Shown here: positions 18,800 through 27,685 of the stretch, piece after piece
How the letters are laid out: each line of letters opens with the position of its first letter
Position numbering within the stretch: position 1 is the first letter of the stretch
Assembly: GCF_003072485.1 (NCBI RefSeq)
Contig: NZ_CP025989.1
Location: 90,001 to 122,000 of the forward strand
Source of the DNA: Candidatus Fokinia solitaria
GTDB taxonomy: Bacteria > Pseudomonadota > Alphaproteobacteria > Rickettsiales > Midichloriaceae
DNA: 32,000 nucleotides
Direction of reading: 5' to 3'
The notes under the pieces: generated by a model
Seen by the model: the letters and a program-made list of their open reading frames with translations, nothing else
Told to the model about the DNA's origin: nothing
Databases searched by the model: none
Translations under genes and position numbers: made by a program

Positions 18800-21229
18800 A
18801 TGGTGACACCGATGATGATGCAGTATTTTGCACTCAAAAAAGCTAATAGTGAGTATATGCTTTTCTACAGAATGGGCGATTTTTATGAGTTATTCTTTGA
18901 TGATGCAGTCGTTGCGGCAAAAATACTTAATATAGTACTGACAAAACGTGGTAAGTGCGATGAAATCGATGTGCCGATGTGTGGTGTGCCGTATCATTCG
19001 AGTAATTTCTACATACAAAAATTACTGAAAGCAGGATATAAAGTAGCAATTTGTGAACAGTTAGAAACTGCGGAAGAAGCGAAGAAGAGAGGCGCAAAAA
19101 CTCTTGTGAAGAGAGATATTGTGAGAGTAATTACTCAAGGTACTTTTTTTGAGGAAGAGACAGAAAGCGGAGTGATACATAAGTATATTGCGTCTGTTCA
19201 TCCGTATAAATATGAAGGTAGCGATGATGAAGGATTTTGTATGGCTGTACTCGATCTTGGTACTGCCGATTTTTCTGTCATCAAAGGTCAGAAAAAAGAT
19301 TTTATGAACTACTTATACGAGTTCAAAATCATAGAACTATTATGCGCTGACAAAGTTGCAGAGAAATGTGATTGGATGCGAGAAGCGCTACGCCTTTATG
19401 GCGCTGATAACATCCTCACTAGAAGACCAGATGTCTTATTCAGTCACAGCAGAGCAGTAGAAGTTGTGAAAGATGTATATAACCTTCCAGCCGTATCTTC
19501 ATCTTTCGATGAGTACGAAATTATCGCAATGGGCGTGCTATTGGAGTATATCAAATTCACTCAAAAAGAGCATATACCGCAGCTTAATTTACCGAAAAGA
19601 AGAGATGACAGTATTTTTGTCAAAATAGATGCTGTAACGAGAAAGCATTTGGAGATAGAAGATAGCGCTAATGAAGGTAGTACGTTATTTTCCACAATAG
19701 ATTATACTGTTTCTTGCATTGGAAAGCGTCTTCTCAAGATGTATCTAAGAACTGTATCTAAAGAACTTCACGTGATTAATACTCGTTTAGATGGAGTGGA
19801 AACGTTTTTAGGACATATGAAAATCGTAAACGATATAAGAGAGTTGTTAAAACAAATGCCGGATATTGAGAGAGTAGCGACAAGAATAACAGCAGGTAGA
19901 TGCACAGTAAAAGATCTGATGAATATGCGTGATGGATTAAATGTAGCTACGCGAATTTTTCATTGTATAGAAAGAGAGGAGTTATCCAAAAAAGTTAGAG
20001 CGATAATAGAGGAAATGATATCATTTGATGATTTATTACACGTTCTGAATAGCACACTTAATCCTGTAGTACTGGATGTAACTGAGCATAGCACTTTTAT
20101 AAAAAGAGGATATCGTGCACCGTTAGATGCTTTATATGATTTAAGAAATAACGCTAGTAATAGAATTGATGCTTTAAGAAAAAAGTATGTTCAGTTAACA
20201 GGTATTGGTAATTTGAAGATCTCTAAAAGTAGTATTTACGGTTATTGTGTAGATATTACCTTATCTCAGTCTGAGAAGCTTTCAGGTACAATGTTCGTAA
20301 AAAAGCAATCACTTACGAATGTTGTACGTTATAAAACTGCTGAATTAGAAGAGTTAGAAACAGAAATTCTTACGGTGCAAAGCAAGATCGACGCTATGGA
20401 AAAAGAGATATTTGAAGAAACACGTTTAGCGATAGTAAAAAGAATAGAATATATCGCTATATGTGTTGCTGTAATCGGAAAAATTGACGTAATAACATCG
20501 TTTGCATTTTTGGCGAAATCTAGAAATTATGTCAGACCAACTATGACGAATGATTTCAATCTGTTGATTGAGGAGGGAAAGCATCCAGTATTGGACGTTC
20601 TTTTAGGAGAAAATTGTATATCAAATGATTGCATTTTTGATGAAAACGTCAATTTGCAAATCATTACCGGTGCAAATATGGCAGGCAAAAGTACCTTCTT
20701 GCGGCAAAATGCGCTCATTGTTATTATGGCGCAAATAGGGAGTTTTATACCGGCGAAGAGGGGGAGTATAGGATTAGTAGAAAGTATTATGACAAGAATA
20801 GGAGCAAGCGATAATATTACAAATGGAGAATCCACATTTATGGTGGAAATGCTGGAAACTGCACGCATATTGCAAAGCGCCTCTCAGAATTCTCTCATAT
20901 TACTCGATGAAGTAGGTCGCGGTACTTCAGCTAAAGAAGGTATGGCTATCGCAATAGCCGTCACAGAGTATGTCCATGAACAAATAAAAGCAAAAACTAT
21001 ATTCGCCACTCATTACCATGAATTAGGAAATTTAGAAAATACTCTCCATAAAGCTAAATCTTATAAAATGGATGTCACTGAACATAATGGTAAAATCACT
21101 TTCATGCATAAAATATCACAAGGTATAGCTACTCACTCATATGCATTACATATCGCAAAACTCGCAGGTATGCCTAAATCCCTCCTCCAAAGAGCTTCTC
21201 AAATCTTCCTCAATCACTCTTCTTATTAG
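18800..21229 (+). CDS. mutS: DNA mismatch repair protein MutS
   Basis: MMMQYFALKKANSEYMLFYRMGDFYELF, ITGANMAGKSTFLRQNALIVIMAQIGSFIPA, SLILLDEVGRGTSAKEGMAIA, TIFATHYHEL. Confidence 0.97.
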   Translation: MVTPMMMQYFALKKANSEYMLFYRMGDFYELFFDDAVVAAKILNIVLTKRGKCDEIDVPMCGVPYHSSNFYIQKLLKAGYKVAICEQLETAEEAKKRGAKTLVKRDIVRVITQGTFFEEETESGVIHKYIASVHPYKYEGSDDEGFCMAVLDLGTADFSVIKGQKKDFMNYLYEFKIIELLCADKVAEKCDWMREALRLYGADNILTRRPDVLFSHSRAVEVVKDVYNLPAVSSSFDEYEIIAMGVLLEYIKFTQKEHIPQLNLPKRRDDSIFVKIDAVTRKHLEIEDSANEGSTLFSTIDYTVSCIGKRLLKMYLRTVSKELHVINTRLDGVETFLGHMKIVNDIRELLKQMPDIERVATRITAGRCTVKDLMNMRDGLNVATRIFHCIEREELSKKVRAIIEEMISFDDLLHVLNSTLNPVVLDVTEHSTFIKRGYRAPLDALYDLRNNASNRIDALRKKYVQLTGIGNLKISKSSIYGYCVDITLSQSEKLSGTMFVKKQSLTNVVRYKTAELEELETEILTVQSKIDAMEKEIFEETRLAIVKRIEYIAICVAVIGKIDVITSFAFLAKSRNYVRPTMTNDFNLLIEEGKHPVLDVLLGENCISNDCIFDENVNLQIITGANMAGKSTFLRQNALIVIMAQIGSFIPAKRGSIGLVESIMTRIGASDNITNGESTFMVEMLETARILQSASQNSLILLDEVGRGTSAKEGMAIAIAVTEYVHEQIKAKTIFATHYHELGNLENTLHKAKSYKMDVTEHNGKITFMHKISQGIATHSYALHIAKLAGMPKSLLQRASQIFLNHSSY

Positions 21230-21308
21230 ATAGAGAATGTTGAAGTGTAAATATTTAAGATTGCAATTTTTTGTGTTTTTTGTAACATCTCATGATAAAT
21301 AAAGTGCG

Positions 21309-22862
21309 ATGTATGCTATGAATTCAAATATCCGCCGAACCTCTTCATTGAGTAAAAAAATAGAAAATTCTGACAGTGGCTTTAAGCTTGACGACAAAAT
21401 TCTCGTACTCGGAGTCGGAGGTGCGGGAAGTAATGCAGTAGAAAGAATGCTTGAAGCAGAAGTGCCAGGTATAGAGTTTTGTATAGCAAATACAGATGCA
21501 CAAGCATTACAAACGTCGAAATGTCCTAATCGTATACAGTTAGGACCAGAGATTACTATGGGGCTAGGTGCAGGTGCAGATGCTGATGTAGGCAGAGTAT
21601 CAGCAGAAGAATCAATGGATGAGGTGCAGAATATATTAAACGGTGTGCGCTTGTTGTTTATAGTATGTGGAATGGGCGGAGGTACAGGTACTGGCGCCTC
21701 TCCTGTAGTTGCGCAAATTGCACATTCTAAGAATATACTGACTGTCGCTATGGTTACGAAGCCATTTGATTTTGAAGGTAGTAGAAGAATGCGTGTAGCA
21801 GAAGCTGGTATTGAAGCATTAGAGCCATATGTCAATTCTATGATAGTAATGCCAAATCAGAATGCTTTTAGAGTGGCGACAGATAAAACTACCTTTGAAG
21901 CAGCATGTGCGCTTTCTGATGAAATCTTGAAACATACGTTACGCTCGATAACTGGACTGATAAAAGAGAAAGGGCTGATTAACTTAGATTTCGCTGATGT
22001 GAAATCTGTAATGTCTTTCAAAGGAAGAGCAATGGTAGGTGTTGGAGAAGCGAGTGGAGAGAATAGAGGAAGTGTCGCTGCAGAACAGGCTATACATAAT
22101 CCGCTTTTGGACGATACAACGATGGAACGAGCACAAGGCATATTGGTAAATGTCACTGGAGCAAATAATATGACGCTTTTTGAAATAGATGAGGTCGTTA
22201 ATAGAGTAAAAGAAAGATCTCCGGATGCTTTATTGATTTTTGGTGCGGTGTACAATAACGATAAAAAAGACGTGCTAAGTGTAACTGTAATAGCAACTGG
22301 ATTGGATCATGGCGCCGATGTAAAGCAAAAAAGTCCTGTTCAAACTACTCCTAAGTTAAGTGGACATAGTGTGCCTTGGAATCAATTACAACATGATGGA
22401 AATTTCCATAGATCTGAAGCGCAGCACAGTTTAAAAGTGACGATGGATAGTATTGCGAGTAAATCTCATCAGCAAGAAAGTGATGCTGATAGAATTGCAG
22501 TAGCTGAAAATCATGAAAATCCGTTGTATAATGTAGAGCGGCAGCATAATTCTTCTCAAGAGTTGAATGAAAAACGCAATTCTTCTTTGCGTAACATAAA
22601 TAATACTCTTTTTACGCCACCTAAGAAATATGAGCTTTTCAAGAACCTCGCTAGTAATACGCAAAATATAAAGGAAAATGACGATAGAAAAGTACGTATA
22701 GAAATAGAACCTGAGAGTAGTATAAATAACTCTGATGAGAGAGAGCCTGAGAAAAATGAACTCGATTCTACAAAGAGAGTAGAAGAAATTTCTGTATCAG
22801 ATGCACGTCCTAAGAAAAAAGATTTCTTTGATATTCCGTCGTTTTTACGTAGGAAGAAGTAA
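21309..22862 (+). CDS. ftsZ: cell division protein FtsZ
   Basis: VGGAGSNAVERML, CIANTDAQAL, GLGAGADADVGRVSAEES, CGMGGGTGTGASPVVA, C-terminal DIPSFLRRKK. Confidence 0.97.
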   Translation: MYAMNSNIRRTSSLSKKIENSDSGFKLDDKILVLGVGGAGSNAVERMLEAEVPGIEFCIANTDAQALQTSKCPNRIQLGPEITMGLGAGADADVGRVSAEESMDEVQNILNGVRLLFIVCGMGGGTGTGASPVVAQIAHSKNILTVAMVTKPFDFEGSRRMRVAEAGIEALEPYVNSMIVMPNQNAFRVATDKTTFEAACALSDEILKHTLRSITGLIKEKGLINLDFADVKSVMSFKGRAMVGVGEASGENRGSVAAEQAIHNPLLDDTTMERAQGILVNVTGANNMTLFEIDEVVNRVKERSPDALLIFGAVYNNDKKDVLSVTVIATGLDHGADVKQKSPVQTTPKLSGHSVPWNQLQHDGNFHRSEAQHSLKVTMDSIASKSHQQESDADRIAVAENHENPLYNVERQHNSSQELNEKRNSSLRNINNTLFTPPKKYELFKNLASNTQNIKENDDRKVRIEIEPESSINNSDEREPEKNELDSTKRVEEISVSDARPKKKDFFDIPSFLRRKK

Positions 22863-23190
22863 TTTATTCATAGAGTAAGTAGCAGTAGATATCACTACTA
22901 CAACCTTTACTATTGTTGAAGTTTTGCGTATGTAGTGTTGCAGTCAAGAGAAGGCGAAGAAGTGAAAGTATTTGAAGAAGTTTCTGTTGTGTGTCTTTCA
23001 TTTTATTGAAAAACTTACTGAGCATCGAGACGTTTAAGTACTTCGCTTTATTGAAGGGTAAGAAAGTGTTATTTGCCTATTTTTGCTGATTCGATCTATG
23101 ATTTTTCATTAATGAAGAATACATTGTGAGTTTCTGCTTAGTGGAAAATTTCCTTCATAGAAAGCCATCTTAATGCAATATCTTCACCTT

Positions 23191-23487
23191 CTATTCTTTT
23201 ACCAAAGTAAAACTCATTATGTTTTTAATCTCAGGTATATTAGCCATTATTTCGTTAAACAAAGAGTACGACGTTATAGAATCAACTATCTTCTTAGGTA
23301 TGCTTTCAATCTTAAGTATGTCTCTATTATTTTCTTCGTTGAAGAGTGTTAGTTTTATAAGAAGTCTGTGATAAGTAACGTCATAAGCGGCCTTTGCATT
23401 TTTGTATACTGCGGTGCCACTTGTATTGCGACTTGCTTCTTGCAATCCACTTCTGATTAGCGCATCTTTCGTTATTGTATCAAGCAA
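23191..23487 (-). pseudogene. small ORF (98 aa) with N-terminus homologous to the LigA tail; probably decaying member of a local repeat family
   Basis: LLDTITKDALIRSGLQEASRNTS vs LigA tail SPDEIMEDALIGSGLQEASRGTE. A one-base frame change near its stop would extend it (KRIEGEDIALRWLSMKEIFH). No recognisable domain; TTG start. Confidence 0.4.
23323..23390 (-). repeat. local repeat B, copy 1 (inside the 98-aa ORF)
   Basis: Contains exact 23-mer cgttgaagagtgttagttttata (23337-23359); encodes AAYDVTYHRLLIKLTLFNEE on the minus strand. Confidence 0.85.
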
Positions 23488-23495
23488 AGAGGATA
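23428..23495 (-). repeat. local repeat A, copy 1
   Basis: Exact 26-mer gcgacttgcttcttgcaatccacttc at 23428-23453 plus 42 bp of similar sequence (9 mismatches over the 68 bp by hand count). Confidence 0.85.
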
Positions 23496-23695
23496 GTGTT
23501 ATATCACAAATTTCTTCTTTAATTACTGTTTAGTCAGTATGCTGTCAGATCAATAGTATTATTTCATAGATCTATCAATGATATCGTAAGTACGTTCTGA
23601 ATTGCTTTGTTCACTGAAGAAATCTTTTATAGAGTGAGATTATTACCTCATAAAGCTATTTATAGAGTACAGCGCATCTATATTTTGACTTAGCT

Positions 23696-23764
23696 TCTAT
23701 TATTTTCTTTCGTTGAAGAGTGTTAGTTTTATAGGAAGTTCGTAGTAAGCAATATCATAAGCAG
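23696..23764 (-). repeat. local repeat B, copy 2 (decayed; ends in stop codons)
   Basis: Same 23-mer at 23711-23733; encodes AAYDIAYYELPIKLTLFNERK** on the minus strand, with a 1-nt indel relative to copy 1. Confidence 0.85.
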
Positions 23765-24035
23765 CTTCTGAATCTCTTCGCGTAGAGAAGGAATTTTACA
23801 GAGTATTTTATTTCGTTAGCGATGTATTCGGTGAAGAATGCGGCATATCTGTTTCTTTCAATTTCTTATCTTACGTTTAATGAGTTGTGTTCGACAAAGA
23901 GTGGTTATGCTGTAAGAGAATAGTAGTTAATGATTCAGCGGTGTTCTACATTTCCCTGCGTAGTGAGATGATCTGTATAAGGAGGACTATTTCTTTAGCG
24001 ACGCTATGCATGGAATGCAGCGCATTCTTTTGCGT

Positions 24036-26300
24036 TTATGTGGAAATTGCTGTTAGTTCTCGAACCTCCGTTGCTAATGGAAAGCAAGCTGAGAGATCTT
24101 TTTCTGTACCGCGACTTGCTTCTTGCAATCCACTTCCGATCAGCGCATCTTCCATTATTTCATCAGGCGAAGAGGATTGTTTTCGGTCATGTTCTATCTT
24201 CACGATAATATCCTTAAGTTCATCTTCCATTCTTTTTTTCAATGAAGAATGTTGTTTTAGAAGGAAAGCTTTTTTCTCACTGATGCTATTTATATAATGC
24301 AGAGCTTTATTTCTCACCATTTCTCTAATCAGTTCATCTTTCATTCTTTTCCTCAATGGAGAATGTTGTTTTAGAGGGAAAGCTTTTTTCTCACTGATGC
24401 TATTTGCATAGTGCAGAGTTTTATCTCTCACCATTTCTTTCAATGAAGAATGTTGTTCTATAGAGAGGATGTCATCCAATGCATGAATTAGTGCTATATT
24501 TTCTTGTGCAGTGAAGAAATTCTTTATAGAGGCAGCTGTTTTCTCACCTATGCCTTTCATACTAAGCGTTCCTTCTGATATTTTTCTCATTAGATCCTTC
24601 AATGAAGAGATTTGAGAAGCGATGATCTTTGCGCTTTCCTTACCAACATGCGGAATACATAATGATAATATGAGATTACATAGCGATACATTATAAGACT
24701 TCTTTATTGCGTATATAAGATTTTGCACACTCTCCTCTCGCCAGCCATCCAATCTTAATATACTCTCAATTTTTGCATTATCAGTTGCAATTTTTAATAT
24801 ATCGACAAACCCTTTTATAATTTCTGCTTGATATAATTGTCTGATTTGTTTTTCACCAAATCCCGCTATATTCATACAATCTTTGCTTACAAAATGTATC
24901 ATCCTTTGTATAGTTCTTTCACAACATGAAATATTTGGACAAATCAGTGTCGCGTCTGTTTCTCTTACTAATGAATGACCACAGAAAGGACATTCTGTGA
25001 TACTTGAAAATTTTGGCAACTCTGCTTTCTCATCTCTCTCGGAGTATAATACGTCGCAGATGCACGGTATAACTCCGCCAGATTTTTTGACAGTGATAAT
25101 ATCTCCTATTCTGATATCACGCTTCGTAATTTCTGCAAAGTTATGTAGAGTTACTCTCGTAATAGTTGTACCCGATATTATGATTGGTTCGACGACTGCA
25201 ATTGGTGTGAGATTGCCATGCTTCCCTACCTGTGGCACTATGGCCAATAATTTTGTTTCGTAAGAATCTGATGAGAACTTATATGCCATTGCACCTCTAG
25301 GCGCTGTAGCTGTATATCCAAGTGCATCCTGTATTTCGAGGTTATTTATTTTGCACACTATGCCATCTGTATCATACGAAATTTTTTTATTATTTTGCGC
25401 GACGGAAATATCATGATAAAACTCTCGAATTTCATTTATGCTATTCGCAATTTTAAATTCTGAAATAACGTCGAAACCGATTGTAGTTAAATATTTTCGT
25501 ACTTCGGTGTAATGCATTTTATCCTCTTGCAGAGTAGCGCTACCCCATACAAGATATGAGAGTATTTTATCGTTTTCGAATCTATTCTTTAACTGTCTTA
25601 ATATACCTGATGCCGCATTTCTTGTCGTGGAAAAAGGCTTTTCTCCATTTTTTCTCAAAGAACTATTAATTTCTTCAAATACACTATTTTTTATGAAAAT
25701 TTCTCCACGTACTTCAAATTCTTCGTAGTGACAGCCACTTTCTAGAAATGAAGGAAAATTCGCAATTAAATGTACATTTCTCGTAACGTCTTCTCCGTTT
25801 TCTCCATCGCCTCTAGTCAGAATGTGAGTCAATTTTCCATTCTTATACAGCGCGCTAAACGAAAGACCGTCCACTTTTGTTTCGCAGCATATAGGGTACA
25901 GCAGACTTATGTCCTGTTCTTTCTTTTTCAATAGAGTTGCAATTCTCTGTAACCACTCGTCTAATTCTTCCTCGTTAAATGCGTTATTTAATGAGTACAT
26001 TCGTTTTACATGAGATTTCTTTTCAAATCCTTTATTTGTGAGAAAGCCTACTGTACTGATGACACCGTTATCGTACATCTTCTGTACTGTTACTTTGTAA
26101 TCTGCTCTTAGATCAGATGCTTCCGGTATTTCATCAATCATCTTGAATAGCATCTCATAATACTGAATGAGCTTTTTCTTTCTTTCATCATACTCGCTGT
26201 CTGAGATGAGTGATTGATTTTGTACGTAGTACGCTCTGTTGTATTTTCTGAGTGCTTTCTCCAGCGTTTTAACTGTTGTTATCAGTGGAATAAGACTCAT
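24036..26300 (-). CDS. ligA: NAD-dependent DNA ligase with non-canonical repeat-containing C-terminus lacking BRCT
   Basis: CCETKVDGLSFSALY (KxDG), LTRGDGENGEDVT, FEVRGEIF, TAPRGAMAYKF, VGKHGNLTPIAVVEP, Cys4 zinc site CPFC...CPNISC and HhH region are present. Residues after ~SIKNFFTAQENIALIHALDD do not resemble BRCT. Confidence 0.93.
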   Translation of the reverse strand: MSLIPLITTVKTLEKALRKYNRAYYVQNQSLISDSEYDERKKKLIQYYEMLFKMIDEIPEASDLRADYKVTVQKMYDNGVISTVGFLTNKGFEKKSHVKRMYSLNNAFNEEELDEWLQRIATLLKKKEQDISLLYPICCETKVDGLSFSALYKNGKLTHILTRGDGENGEDVTRNVHLIANFPSFLESGCHYEEFEVRGEIFIKNSVFEEINSSLRKNGEKPFSTTRNAASGILRQLKNRFENDKILSYLVWGSATLQEDKMHYTEVRKYLTTIGFDVISEFKIANSINEIREFYHDISVAQNNKKISYDTDGIVCKINNLEIQDALGYTATAPRGAMAYKFSSDSYETKLLAIVPQVGKHGNLTPIAVVEPIIISGTTITRVTLHNFAEITKRDIRIGDIITVKKSGGVIPCICDVLYSERDEKAELPKFSSITECPFCGHSLVRETDATLICPNISCCERTIQRMIHFVSKDCMNIAGFGEKQIRQLYQAEIIKGFVDILKIATDNAKIESILRLDGWREESVQNLIYAIKKSYNVSLCNLILSLCIPHVGKESAKIIASQISSLKDLMRKISEGTLSMKGIGEKTAASIKNFFTAQENIALIHALDDILSIEQHSSLKEMVRDKTLHYANSISEKKAFPLKQHSPLRKRMKDELIREMVRNKALHYINSISEKKAFLLKQHSSLKKRMEDELKDIIVKIEHDRKQSSSPDEIMEDALIGSGLQEASRGTEKDLSACFPLATEVRELTAIST
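24111..24178 (-). repeat. local repeat A, copy 2 (inside ligA 3' end)
   Basis: Same exact 26-mer at 24111-24136, followed by a diverged but alignable 42 bp. Confidence 0.85.
24217..24464 (-). repeat. in-frame tandem repeat within ligA 3' end (114-bp unit, next unit 87 bp by loss of 27 bp, then a partial unit)
   Basis: aatg(a/g)agaatgttgtt(t/c)ta starts at 24241, 24355 and 24442. Protein repeat: KQHS(S/P)L(K/R)KRM(K/E)DEL...VR(N/D)K(A/T)LHY(I/A)NSISEKKAF. Confidence 0.92.
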
Positions 26301-26444
26301 AACTTGTGCATAAGCTTTATTATAGCATGGTACTTATATACGCCTTTACTCGCAAGATTTATATGCACTTTTATTAGTAAGATATTTGCAAATTCCTTCA
26401 TGTGTAGTAACAGATTATACAAAAAATCGTAAGTTTTATTTTGA

Positions 26445-27572
<1,128 letters not shown>

Positions 27573-27685
27573 AGCACAATACATTGATAGATTTAATCTT
27601 GTGAGAGTGATGCATTATGCTAAACTGATGTCGAGTAAGTGGTGTAAGATTATGCCTTAGTACTTTAATCGATTTGTAGATAAGT

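Noticed and set aside
23887-24297. 136-aa plus-strand ORF over the ligA 3' repeats
   Set aside because: The repeat peptides align sensibly on the minus strand (in frame with LigA); the plus-strand ORF is read from the same repeats antisense, with low-complexity Ser/Phe/Cys content.
22863-24480. CRISPR array interpretation of the repeats
   Set aside because: Repeats are long, diverged, unevenly spaced and coding-frame related; there are no short identical repeats with unique spacers and no cas genes.
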